Below are positions 17,422 through 25,580 of a DNA stretch of 58,409 nucleotides, piece after piece. The DNA lies in IMG/VR virus record IMGVR_UViG_3300029319_000050, positions 1 through 58,409 of that record. One strand, 5' to 3'. Each line of letters starts with the position of its first letter. Position 1 is the stretch's first letter. This DNA comes from a virus. Taxonomy: Duplodnaviria > Caudoviricetes. The notes under the pieces are model-generated. The model searched no databases. It was not told the origin of the DNA and saw only the letters and a program-made list of their open reading frames with translations. A program made the translations under genes and the position numbers.

Positions 17422-17694
17422 CTACAATATAGAAAATTTATTTAATATTTTTCTATCAACGTCCGATAGTGGAAAAACATTTTCAACCCAAACTAACCTC
17501 GTATCATCCCAATACGTTCCATCAGTTGGGTCTTCCCAATTATTATCATCTAAATCATCACCTAACCAATCTGCTAATAAATCTTCATTGGTTGTTTCAT
17601 TATTTATATAATCAATATAATTAAATGTACCACTAAAATCATGAACATAATATTCACGTTCTCCTTCTTGGACTCCATAAGTAATTAAAATCAT
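17422..17694 (-). CDS. Acidic early hypothetical protein
   Basis: Asp/Glu-rich 90-aa ORF coupled to the upstream gene. Confidence 0.7.
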   Translation of the reverse strand: MILITYGVQEGEREYYVHDFSGTFNYIDYINNETTNEDLLADWLGDDLDDNNWEDPTDGTYWDDTRLVWVENVFPLSDVDRKILNKFSIL

Positions 17695-17975
17695 TCATCA
17701 CCCCATGGAATACTATTTAGATTGTTATAATCGGTATAAGGCATATCAATATAAAACATTGGTAAATTACCTGCTGAAAAACCAACTCGAGCTTCAACGT
17801 CGTTATGGTCCATGGTGAATACAACTGGGAACTTTACGTCGTTTACCTCGTACCCTAAACTTTCTAACTCTCGTCGTAATTTAGCAATATCGATATTACG
17901 GTTTCGACCGTCGGCAATCGAACGTTCGTTTATATCGACTAATTCTTTCCATATTGCGTATTTAATTGTTGCCAT
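17691..17975 (-). CDS. Early hypothetical protein
   Basis: ORF with GAGGAG RBS. Confidence 0.75.
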   Translation of the reverse strand: MATIKYAIWKELVDINERSIADGRNRNIDIAKLRRELESLGYEVNDVKFPVVFTMDHNDVEARVGFSAGNLPMFYIDMPYTDYNNLNSIPWGDE

Positions 17976-17979
17976 TATG

Positions 17980-18408
17980 CTAACTCCTCATTGATTGATT
18001 TGATATTTCGTTCACGAATCCATAATTAAATATCGGATCGTTAACTTTTCTAATTTGTTTTACTAACTTATCAAAGTCGTAATTTGATTGTTCCTTACCT
18101 TCGAAATATTCTCTTTCCACTATTTCCCATTTATCAATTATGTAAGTACCATTATCGTAATTATCGACATCTAAACGTCCATAAGATCCAACACCTAACG
18201 AAAGTGTTCCCCCTATCGTATTACCAATTAATTGTGCAAGTCTTGCAATACCGTAAGATGAATCAGAACATCTTATTCCATACAATTTAGCTACATGTAA
18301 AAAAGCTTCAACTTGATCACGTCCACCGTTCCAATGTAGGTAAAGTGAATTCCATTTTGGTTTTGGTGCGTAATCATCTCTAATAGTTATCACCGCTCTA
18401 TTTCCCAT
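17980..18408 (-). CDS. Conserved phage hypothetical protein
   Basis: MGNRAVIT...YLHWNGGRD.V...YGIARLAQ...DNGTY motif; AGGAGG RBS. Confidence 0.8.
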   Translation of the reverse strand: MGNRAVITIRDDYAPKPKWNSLYLHWNGGRDQVEAFLHVAKLYGIRCSDSSYGIARLAQLIGNTIGGTLSLGVGSYGRLDVDNYDNGTYIIDKWEIVEREYFEGKEQSNYDFDKLVKQIRKVNDPIFNYGFVNEISNQSMRS

Positions 18409-18562
18409 TTTTATCCTCCTTGTTTAAATGCATTGCAACATCTTCCATAATCATAGTCAAAGTTTCATCTTTAAGCACAGAAGCGTTCAAGGTTTTTATA
18501 TGTGTATCCTCTACATCTGTGTGATGAACATCGATTTTTATGTCGACTGCAAAATCTTCCAT
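18398..18562 (-). CDS. 54-aa hypothetical protein (not in the ORF track)
   Basis: AGAAAGGAGA RBS right after a promoter; MEDFAVDIKIDVHHTDVEDTHIK... Confidence 0.7.
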   Translation of the reverse strand: MEDFAVDIKIDVHHTDVEDTHIKTLNASVLKDETLTMIMEDVAMHLNKEDKNGK

Positions 18563-18595
18563 ATCTTTCTCCTTTCTTTTTAAAGTTATATATAA

Positions 18596-18632
18596 ATAAT
18601 AAAAACCATTTAACCGATAGTAAAGCCATTTA
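18596..18632 (-). promoter_or_regulatory. Early promoter family member
   Basis: TAAATGGC-TTTACT-N17-TATTAT. Confidence 0.7.
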
Positions 18633-18637
18633 AGAGG

Positions 18638-18898
18638 CTAATCTTCATATGCTAAATCAGCCATTTGTTTAGTCGTATTTTTCTTCATAAGTTTGGCTAT
18701 ATCTTTACGGTCTAATATCCTACGTAAAGCTTCTGAAATGTGGTAACTCGCTAATTTAGGGTTCTTTTCGTCGGATAATCTGAACTTAATTTTAATTTCT
18801 ATTTCTTGTTCTTGTCCGTTACCTCGTTTAGTAATACTATCTAAAACATACCCAGTCGAACCAATAAACCTTGTTTTAGTCATCTCCTTATCCCCCAC
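18638..18898 (-). CDS. Early hypothetical protein
   Basis: ORF in an operon; real start probably MTKTRF (AAGGAG RBS). Confidence 0.65.
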   Translation of the reverse strand: MGDKEMTKTRFIGSTGYVLDSITKRGNGQEQEIEIKIKFRLSDEKNPKLASYHISEALRRILDRKDIAKLMKKNTTKQMADLAYED

Positions 18899-19148
18899 CT
18901 TGTATTACTACTGACTCAAATATCTTTGTTTCGCCTGTATCTGAAAAACCCTCGTATGAGTCTATATCTGCAAATTCTTTTTTCCAGACCCAAAAATTTT
19001 CATATTTTAAATGGTCTTTTAAATCTTCATCAGCAAAACTATTTATTTCATAATCAGTTAATTTAATTCGTACATCAACTTGACTAGCATCAAGTTCGCA
19101 CTCGTTTTTCAATTCATTTAATCTATCAATTAGATTTTGTAGGTTCAT
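18888..19148 (-). CDS. Early hypothetical protein
   Basis: Start taken at MNLQNL (AGGAGGAG RBS). Confidence 0.65.
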   Translation of the reverse strand: MNLQNLIDRLNELKNECELDASQVDVRIKLTDYEINSFADEDLKDHLKYENFWVWKKEFADIDSYEGFSDTGETKIFESVVIQGGG

Positions 19149-19446
19149 CTTCTCCTCCTTGCTCGAAATAATCTGCGTTATCACTTGTTATACCTTGATA
19201 TTTATCAGGTAGTTCTTCTACTAAACTTAATGCTATTAGTTCCTCTTCATGTGGATCTAAATATATGGTTACTAAACCAGACCATCTTACATAAACAAAA
19301 CAACTTGGTGCTACTTGGTAAACGTCATTTACAAAAGTTTCTAGTTTAAGAGGTTTCTCAAAAGCATTTAATACAAAGTATGTTGCTTGACCGTAATCTG
19401 GGAATGTTAAATTTTTAACCATCTTTCTTAAATAAACCGTCTTCAA
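19126..19446 (-). CDS. Early hypothetical protein
   Basis: ORF overlapping its neighbours in an operon; start uncertain (probably MVKNL). Confidence 0.6.
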   Translation of the reverse strand: MKTVYLRKMVKNLTFPDYGQATYFVLNAFEKPLKLETFVNDVYQVAPSCFVYVRWSGLVTIYLDPHEEELIALSLVEELPDKYQGITSDNADYFEQGGEDEPTKSN

Positions 19447-19840
19447 GTTTACCTGTACGTTTACTAATCACTTTATAAACTTCGTTCATCGTATATCCAG
19501 GATTAAAACCTAACTGTTTACAAAGTACAATCAAACATACAAAACAATCACCTAGTCCGTCAATAATATTAGGTTTATCTTTATAGGCGATAGCTTTAGC
19601 AGTTTCACCAACTTCTTCTACAAGTTTTAACATCTGCATAGTTGGTTGTACATCTTCGTTTAATAGACCACGATCCTCTGCCCACTCGATAATATTAGCG
19701 ACTGCTATATCTTCACGCTCTGGGCATATATCTTTTAATGGGATAGGGATCGTTACTAAAGGCTCACCTTCAATTAGCCTATCTTCTTCTACTTGATAAT
19801 TAGGTTCATCTCTTTCCATATTAACTTCCCATAAATGCAA
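19415..19840 (-). CDS. MazG-like nucleotide pyrophosphohydrolase
   Basis: WAEDRGL...QMLKLVEEVGETAKAI...IIDGLGDCFVCL...VYKVISKRTGKLEDGLFKKD. Confidence 0.85.
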   Translation of the reverse strand: MHLWEVNMERDEPNYQVEEDRLIEGEPLVTIPIPLKDICPEREDIAVANIIEWAEDRGLLNEDVQPTMQMLKLVEEVGETAKAIAYKDKPNIIDGLGDCFVCLIVLCKQLGFNPGYTMNEVYKVISKRTGKLEDGLFKKDG

Positions 19841-20225
19841 ACTGCATCATAGGCTCTTCATCATAGCCTTTTTCCATAAACTCTATTTCAGCAGTCATTT
19901 GTTCTAAATCTAAAGGGTTATCGGCTAATGCACCTGTTTCATAATCGAAACCTGTAATAATACCGATCCCTGCATAAGCGTTATTGACCGTATGCGACAT
20001 ATCTTTAAATCGCCAATACCTTTGGTTACTATGTAATAAACCATTATCGTCTAACATAACTTGTAAATATTTTGACGGAACTTTATCACATGGGTAATCA
20101 GTCATAGTAACTGTATCACATTTAATAACATGGTATGCCCAATCGAGAGAGTTATCGTTTGGCATTTTTTGTTTTAACACTGTTTGGTCAACAGGGTTAA
20201 CTACATAAACATCTATTTCTTTCAT
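19821..20225 (-). CDS. Hypothetical protein (DUF3846-like)
   Basis: VVNPVDQTV...LDDNGLL...YAGIGIITGFD...G pattern. Confidence 0.6.
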   Translation of the reverse strand: MKEIDVYVVNPVDQTVLKQKMPNDNSLDWAYHVIKCDTVTMTDYPCDKVPSKYLQVMLDDNGLLHSNQRYWRFKDMSHTVNNAYAGIGIITGFDYETGALADNPLDLEQMTAEIEFMEKGYDEEPMMQFAFMGS

Positions 20226-20264
20226 AATTTTCTCCTTTCTAAAAGTTGTTTACTTACATTATTT

Positions 20265-20301
20265 ATAATAAAAAACAATAAACCGAATGTAAAGCCATTA
20301 A
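20265..20301 (-). promoter_or_regulatory. Early promoter family member
   Basis: TTAATGGC-TTTACA-N17-TATTAT. Confidence 0.7.
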
Positions 20302-20310
20302 ACAGTAATT

Positions 20311-20463
20311 AAAAGTGGTGGTGTGATCTTTAAGGGTATTATGAAAAACAGATATTTGGAAAACAAACTACAAACCAAATATCATGGGGCATTGCACTCA
20401 AAGATCACTTTTATACAATAAGCTTCCACCATCACTTAACGGAGGTATGCAAACCACCCCAAA
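20311..20463 (-). ncRNA. Candidate structured RNA (~150 nt, three nested stems)
   Basis: Stems 20313-20323/20427-20437, 20323-20331/20400-20408 and 20351-20359/20375-20383; ends in a U-run. Confidence 0.5.
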
Positions 20464-20700
20464 CTACCAAAACTTTTTCTCCTCCTTTCTTTTAATTAAT
20501 CCCATTTGGACATGGATATCTTCTAATATTTCTTTTGCGTACTTACGTTTAGTCAACGGTTCCATGTCTTCTAGTATTTCAATATGATGTAATAAAGGTT
20601 TCCAATTACGTTCGTAAATCCTATCTAATGGCTTAACTTTATATTGCCATTTAATAATACTACCATCGTCACTTTTTAAATTACCTTGCATTAACACCAA
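20464..20700 (-). CDS. Early hypothetical protein
   Basis: ORF in an operon; start probably MQGNL. Confidence 0.65.
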   Translation of the reverse strand: MVLMQGNLKSDDGSIIKWQYKVKPLDRIYERNWKPLLHHIEILEDMEPLTKRKYAKEILEDIHVQMGLIKRKEEKKFW

Positions 20701-20885
20701 GCCTCTTTTATCACTTCATCGTTTTTACGTTTATCGTGATATTGTTTTACTATCTTACCGTCACTATAATAAAGCGTTACATAATCATCCCCTGCACGGT
20801 ATTCACGTGAAGGAAGATTATGTTTCTCATAATTAAGTTGTTCTCGTCTAGCTTCTAATCTAGCAACTTGATCTGGATATGCCAT
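20691..20885 (-). CDS. Early hypothetical protein
   Basis: AGGAGA RBS directly after the large structured element. Confidence 0.75.
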   Translation of the reverse strand: MAYPDQVARLEARREQLNYEKHNLPSREYRAGDDYVTLYYSDGKIVKQYHDKRKNDEVIKEAWC

Positions 20886-20899
20886 AATAATTTTCTCCT

Positions 20900-21364
20900 A
20901 AAAAAGTGTGGCTTATCAATCTCGGTATGCAATTGTTTTAATTGACTAACTTAGCTCTCCCTTATGACCTTTGAGAGTACCACTTGCTAGTTTTGTTTAA
21001 CGTAAAGGACTAGCAACCCATACAACCTCCTATTTTTACTTACAGAGAGTCATGCAAGTTGTGAGGTGCCTGATGAAAAAGTAGGGAGACACCTCACGGT
21101 TGGATATGATCTAGTGATGGTTTCTAGCACTTATTCTAGTTTCATCTCAGACCGACATCTACATTATTCTTGAAGGGAATGCAGTCAGGATTTACAGAGC
21201 TCATTCTCATATCCTATTTGTGTGGGCTGTTGGAGTATCACGATGACCTTTAAATGGTAAGACTCCCCTTTAACAGAATACAAATGGGAACCTTTCATAG
21301 TCAGGCTTTATATCGTGGAAGGCTCAGTAACAGCTAATTTCACCTTCACCCCTCGCACACAAAA
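20900..21364 (-). ncRNA. Candidate large structured non-coding RNA (~465 nt)
   Basis: ORF-free gap with higher GC than other intergenic regions; many nested helices and multiway junctions; ends pair (GUGUG/CACAC) before a U6 run. Confidence 0.65.
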
Positions 21365-21365
21365 C

Positions 21366-21563
21366 TTATCTACCAATAGTCTCTAAATCGTTTTCAGTAA
21401 TATATTGGTAAGCTCCTTTATTATACACTGGAGCAATCTGTTTACGTCGTTGGGTAGCAACTTCTTGAGCTAGTATTTCACCGCACTCTAAACAAGTATT
21501 TCTACCTAATGCCCATCGACCTCTATCGACAGGCTCGTCACATAATTTACAAAGTCTTTTCAT
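21366..21563 (-). CDS. C4 zinc-finger protein (TraR/DksA-finger-like)
   Basis: CKLC-DEPVDRGRWALG-RNTCLEC; C-term APVYNKGAYQYI. Confidence 0.65.
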   Translation of the reverse strand: MKRLCKLCDEPVDRGRWALGRNTCLECGEILAQEVATQRRKQIAPVYNKGAYQYITENDLETIGR

Positions 21564-21593
21564 AATTTTTTCTCCTAAATAATTACTATATAA

Positions 21594-21630
21594 ATAGTAA
21601 ATACCATTTAACCGAAAGTAAAGCGATTTA
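21594..21630 (-). promoter_or_regulatory. Early promoter family member
   Basis: TAAATCGC-TTTACT-N17-TACTAT. Confidence 0.75.
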
Positions 21631-21987
21631 CCTAAAGCGATTTATCGTATTTTTCATAGGTTTTTTAAACTGTGCTATCGCCCTACCTTCGTGTAGTTTT
21701 TGTACAGCTCTACTTGCTGCTGCATATAAACGTATTTGTTGTATATATTTAGCTTCGTTTTCTTCAGCCATCCTCAATATTTCTGGATCTACACTATGTT
21801 CGTCGTAAGAACATGCGTACTCGTTTATTCTATCTTCATATTCTGGAACAACTTTTTCAGATTTAGGTCGTTTAACAGCTTCATTTTTGCATTTATCACT
21901 ACAATAAACAATTCGACGTTTATGTCCTAAACCTGTGGGTATTTCTTTGTAACAAACATTACAATATCTAATACCGTCAATTATCAT
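21628..21987 (-). CDS. Zinc-ribbon protein
   Basis: CNVC...YCSDKC; start moved to ATG 21987 because the longer start overlaps a terminator. Confidence 0.6.
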   Translation of the reverse strand: MIIDGIRYCNVCYKEIPTGLGHKRRIVYCSDKCKNEAVKRPKSEKVVPEYEDRINEYACSYDEHSVDPEILRMAEENEAKYIQQIRLYAAASRAVQKLHEGRAIAQFKKPMKNTINRFR

Positions 21988-22003
21988 TTTAATAACCCAA
22001 TAC

Positions 22004-22032
22004 AAAAAAGCCCCATACTTAGATGAGGCTTT
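22004..22032 (-). terminator. Intrinsic terminator
   Basis: AAAGCCTCAT-loop-ATGGGGCTTTTTT. Confidence 0.85.
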
Positions 22033-22098
22033 CGACTTCTATTTGAGGAGGATAATAGATTATTGTCTTTTATAATCATACCTAAAACAACAATATTG

Positions 22099-22479
22099 TC
22101 AACCCTCATCTTGTAGCACAATAGCTTCGATAGCGTCTTGTATAGGGGTGTTTTTAGTTACCTCTACCTTATCGTTAAGGAAGACCTTATCGACGCTTAT
22201 ATAAACCTCTGGGTCTATTACAGGATCGTTTTCGATCTTTTTATACATTTTACCGTCGATATAAACTGTCTTTACCTTAGTAAGTGCTTGTACTAACTTG
22301 GTAACAAGTTCAATATTTTCTGCACTCGAAGGCATAATATATTCACCTCTAAGTTTAACAGCAATCGTCGGTCCACGTTTTTCTATCTTATAATCAGATA
22401 GCTTTGGGTGACGAGTATCCTCGTCTTGACCGTGTGCATCAAATGCACTAGGGTCGTAATCATCTGGGAATGTAACCAT
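22099..22479 (-). CDS. Early hypothetical protein
   Basis: AGAAAGGAGA RBS, own promoter and terminator. Confidence 0.8.
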   Translation of the reverse strand: MVTFPDDYDPSAFDAHGQDEDTRHPKLSDYKIEKRGPTIAVKLRGEYIMPSSAENIELVTKLVQALTKVKTVYIDGKMYKKIENDPVIDPEVYISVDKVFLNDKVEVTKNTPIQDAIEAIVLQDEG

Positions 22480-22515
22480 TTAATTCTCCTTTCTAAAAAA
22501 TTAATAACTATATAA

Positions 22516-22552
22516 AGCATATAAAACAAAGTAAGCAAAGTAAAGCGATTTA
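22516..22552 (-). promoter_or_regulatory. Early promoter family member
   Basis: TAAATCGC-TTTACT-N17-TATGCT. Confidence 0.7.
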
Positions 22553-23032
22553 CTACTTAACGATTCTTAAATGCTTTCTTCTTGCTTCCGACTCAAGTTT
22601 GCGATTGTAATCGTAATATTCTTTATATGAATAATTGTCTACTTGGTTTATAACCATTTCGTATAATACGTCAGTAAACCATCCTCGAGTTGAAAGAAAA
22701 TCTGCACTGGTTTTTAAACCTGCATGTCTAAATAATTGTTCTGCTGTAATTGGATTTGGATAACAACCTAATTTGTTTAAAACATGTTGTCGTAATAACC
22801 ATTCCTGGATACCAAGTTCATCTAATACTGGTAAATGAAACCAACCACTATGAATAATTATTTGTTGCGTTATAGGATCTAGATCTGATATTTCATAACC
22901 TTCTTCATTAAACTCTGGAGTACCTTCGTAAGTGAATAAGTTCTCCCAATCATCAACTTCAGATAGGTCGTAATCTAGTATAACTTTGTCGTCCTTCATC
23001 ATGCCTCTTGGTGAACGAAATATCACATCCAT
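22553..23032 (-). CDS. Early hypothetical protein
   Basis: 159-aa ORF. Confidence 0.7.
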   Translation of the reverse strand: MDVIFRSPRGMMKDDKVILDYDLSEVDDWENLFTYEGTPEFNEEGYEISDLDPITQQIIIHSGWFHLPVLDELGIQEWLLRQHVLNKLGCYPNPITAEQLFRHAGLKTSADFLSTRGWFTDVLYEMVINQVDNYSYKEYYDYNRKLESEARRKHLRIVK

Positions 23033-23068
23033 GATACTTCACCACCAAGAGGTTTGTAAAATGAAGTC

Positions 23069-23413
23069 TTAGCTAACAACTTCTAAGATACCTTCATCTA
23101 AGAATCTTTTCTTATAAAACCTAAAGATTCTCAATGGGCTTTGGGTAGTAGTTAGAATGCCTTCTTTAAAAGCATACTCCATCAACTCACCAACGTTAGC
23201 TTGTTTACCCTTGAAGGTTTCTAATGCTTCTAGGATAGACCACATTTGGTTAGGTAGATTAGCAGTAGCGTCTGGCTCTTGCTTAATCCTAACCGTTAAA
23301 GACTCGATTGTAGATCTAGTCTTCTTTACAGGTGCAGGTATTGCTACCTTGCCTTTTGCCTTTGGGGCTTTTGCGACAACTTTAGTGTCGACTTTTTTCT
23401 TAGCTTTTGCCAT
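23069..23413 (-). CDS. Winged-helix-like DNA-binding protein, paralog 3 (Lys/Ala-rich N-terminus)
   Basis: PNQMWSILEAL...LTTTQSPLRIFRFYKKRFLDEGILEVV; histone-H1-like tail. Confidence 0.65.
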   Translation of the reverse strand: MAKAKKKVDTKVVAKAPKAKGKVAIPAPVKKTRSTIESLTVRIKQEPDATANLPNQMWSILEALETFKGKQANVGELMEYAFKEGILTTTQSPLRIFRFYKKRFLDEGILEVVS

Positions 23414-23453
23414 AATATTCTCCTTTCTAAATTAAGTTAACAAAAACAATTTT

Positions 23454-23490
23454 ATAGTGCCTTACAATAATATGAAAGTAAAGCCATTAA
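23454..23490 (-). promoter_or_regulatory. Early promoter family member
   Basis: TTAATGGC-TTTACT-N17-CACTAT. Confidence 0.7.
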
Positions 23491-23501
23491 ACAGTGGAGA
23501 G

Positions 23502-23822
23502 TTATTCTACCCTCCACACCCTTACACCGTGAATAGTTTTTTTATGGACACCTTCGCCAATTTCTTCTAAGACTTGGTGAACTGCAAACTTAGTGTCTTT
23601 AAATTCACCATTATTTGTCTTTTTAAAACTATTAACAGCATTCCTTAACCGATGCCTTAAACGTGTCAGGTCTTTTTCTCTATCAGTAGATAACTCATCT
23701 ACTTGTATTAAAAAAGATTGTCCCTTACTCATTTTGGCAAACGGATAGTTATATTTAGATACTCGAGCCCTACTGGGTATTGGAATATCATCATCTATAA
23801 CTATGTTTAGTTCGTCCGACAT
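23502..23822 (-). CDS. Small conserved phage protein (probable DNA-binding)
   Basis: IDDDIPIP...KYNYPFAKMSKGQSF...GVRVWRV motif; start moved to MSDEL (AGGAGG RBS). Confidence 0.7.
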   Translation of the reverse strand: MSDELNIVIDDDIPIPSRARVSKYNYPFAKMSKGQSFLIQVDELSTDREKDLTRLRHRLRNAVNSFKKTNNGEFKDTKFAVHQVLEEIGEGVHKKTIHGVRVWRVE

Positions 23823-23830
23823 ATATCCTC

Positions 23831-24073
23831 CTAATGTGTTTGGACCTTTTTGATTACACCTTCTTTTATTAAATGATGTGCCCAAAAAGCTAACATATGC
23901 TCAGGTTTAAAACCCTCCACCGATGGATCAAGTTCTACACCTTCTTCTACCATGAGGTCGGAAAGAAGTTGAGCTAACTCCTCCTCACCGACATCATACA
24001 AATAAACCCATAGAACACTAGCTAACCTAGTGCTCATGGGAAAAGACTCTACTAAGTCACGCGACATTAGCAT
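23831..24073 (-). CDS. Hypothetical protein
   Basis: ORF coupled to the DUF932 gene. Confidence 0.65.
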   Translation of the reverse strand: MLMSRDLVESFPMSTRLASVLWVYLYDVGEEELAQLLSDLMVEEGVELDPSVEGFKPEHMLAFWAHHLIKEGVIKKVQTH

Positions 24074-25088
24074 ACTCTAAGGCAAGGTTCAGGGCTTTTG
24101 CTTTTCTATTAGCACCTGCTCCAAACCAAGCACTGTGTAAACTATTACCAGTTTCATGCTCAGCCTTTTTATGATCTTCAACAAAGGTGACTGCATTTAA
24201 TGCACCCCACCATGTACCTGCTGCAGACTTCATGTTTGCTCCAGGCTGTCGATCAACTGCTTCGATAACACTATTCGCAGACCTACCTAATTGGTCTACA
24301 ATTAACGGTTCTTCACCAATAGCTTTACCTTCAGCTTTGGCTTTACGGAACGCTAATAGTTCATCATAGACAGTAGGTTGATAAACTCTAGTTACAAACT
24401 CTTGTAATAAAGATTTATCTGCCTTCTTCTTAGCTAAGAACTCAGCTTGTTCTTTAAAGTTTTCTAAGGTAGCCACAGTAAGTCCTAATGCTTCTTCAGC
24501 CTCTTGCATAACGTCAAGATTAAAATCTTTAACGTGAGGCATTCTAAATGCATTACCACCCTGTGACAGGGCAAGTGTAAGAGTATTATTACAAACTACA
24601 CGTATTGGTGTGCATCTTATAGATAAAGATTTACCAACTTTATGTGGTTGATTTATTAATAAATACCCTTTAATTTCGTCACCTCCAGGAAGTTCAAAGT
24701 CGTACTTAACTTTCGCTAAGCCCCATATCTCCGAACCATTCCTAAGTGACCCTGCAGTTTCCATAGTCATATTACCTGCTTTAGTAAACCTTTCGAAAAA
24801 CTCGAAGATTTTCTCGTTCTGTACAGGTACATAACTATTACCGCAATGGGATAATACTTCGTTATCAGAATCTCTAACAACAAAGTACGTGCTAGGGGTT
24901 TGGATAACTTCAACATCATCTGACCAGTCAGGTTCTGATAAAGTGTATCCTGGACGTTTAGAGACTGTCCAGTCTAAGCCTGCAGCTTTCATCATCTCAT
25001 GAGGCGACAGGTTGTCGTCGACTTTAACACCGAGTCCGTGCCAAGGCACTTCCCCTGCGTAAGCCATCGTTTCTACTAAATGTGCCAT
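24057..25088 (-). CDS. DUF932 / phage-plasmid TIGR03299-like protein
   Basis: MAH.VETMAYAGEVPWHGLG...AGLDWTV...ETAGSL...TPIRVVCNNTL...GTWWGALNAVT. Confidence 0.88.
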   Translation of the reverse strand: MAHLVETMAYAGEVPWHGLGVKVDDNLSPHEMMKAAGLDWTVSKRPGYTLSEPDWSDDVEVIQTPSTYFVVRDSDNEVLSHCGNSYVPVQNEKIFEFFERFTKAGNMTMETAGSLRNGSEIWGLAKVKYDFELPGGDEIKGYLLINQPHKVGKSLSIRCTPIRVVCNNTLTLALSQGGNAFRMPHVKDFNLDVMQEAEEALGLTVATLENFKEQAEFLAKKKADKSLLQEFVTRVYQPTVYDELLAFRKAKAEGKAIGEEPLIVDQLGRSANSVIEAVDRQPGANMKSAAGTWWGALNAVTFVEDHKKAEHETGNSLHSAWFGAGANRKAKALNLALEYANVA

Positions 25089-25142
25089 AATATTCTCCTT
25101 TCTATTTTATGACATGTCAGCCATTATTAGCTAACTTTTAAT

Positions 25143-25179
25143 ACTTTATATAACAGTAAAAGGATAGTAAAGCGATTTA
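25143..25179 (-). promoter_or_regulatory. Early promoter family member
   Basis: TAAATCGC-TTTACT-N17-TAAAGT. Confidence 0.7.
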
Positions 25180-25187
25180 TGAGTTAT

Positions 25188-25580
25188 TTATATAAGAATA
25201 TTTTTAAGTAACATATTCCAATCTTCTTCAGTGTATTGTGGCTGCATTTCATACAAACAAGGGGTAGAAGATAAACCCCCTTCTAATAAAGATCTAAATT
25301 GATTGCCATCGTATAAACGTATCCATTTATTTTTATCATGTTGGATTAATGAAAAAACTTTACCACCTGAAGCCATACGTTTAAAAGACCAATTACATTG
25401 GAAGTTAGAAAACTTTATTTTATTACCTCTAGCTATTTTTAGTTCTAGCCAAAACTCTTTTGATTGGATACATCCATTCACATCTGGTGTACCTTGAGTC
25501 ATCGGTGACTCGACTCTTTGCCAATGTACTTGCGGTATATGTTTTCTAAGTGATTGGTATAAGGTTGTTTCTTTAGGCAT
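25188..25580 (-). CDS. PD-(D/E)XK nuclease (VRR-NUC / Holliday-junction resolvase-like)
   Basis: RVES...GTPDV...FWLELK...Q..W. Confidence 0.8.
   Translation of the reverse strand: MPKETTLYQSLRKHIPQVHWQRVESPMTQGTPDVNGCIQSKEFWLELKIARGNKIKFSNFQCNWSFKRMASGGKVFSLIQHDKNKWIRLYDGNQFRSLLEGGLSSTPCLYEMQPQYTEEDWNMLLKNILI

Noticed and set aside
20384-20587. Plus-strand 67-aa ORF across the small structured element
   Set aside because: Antisense to a minus-strand gene, no RBS, atypical composition
21061-21097. Hammerhead ribozyme (CTGATGA inside a stem on the plus strand)
   Set aside because: No stem II followed by GAAA and no stem III/cleavage triplet in the required arrangement
20900-21364. tRNA, tmRNA, RNase P, self-splicing intron or retron identity for the structured element
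   Set aside because: No T-loop/CCA end, no RNase P core, flanking genes are not interrupted, and no reverse transcriptase is encoded
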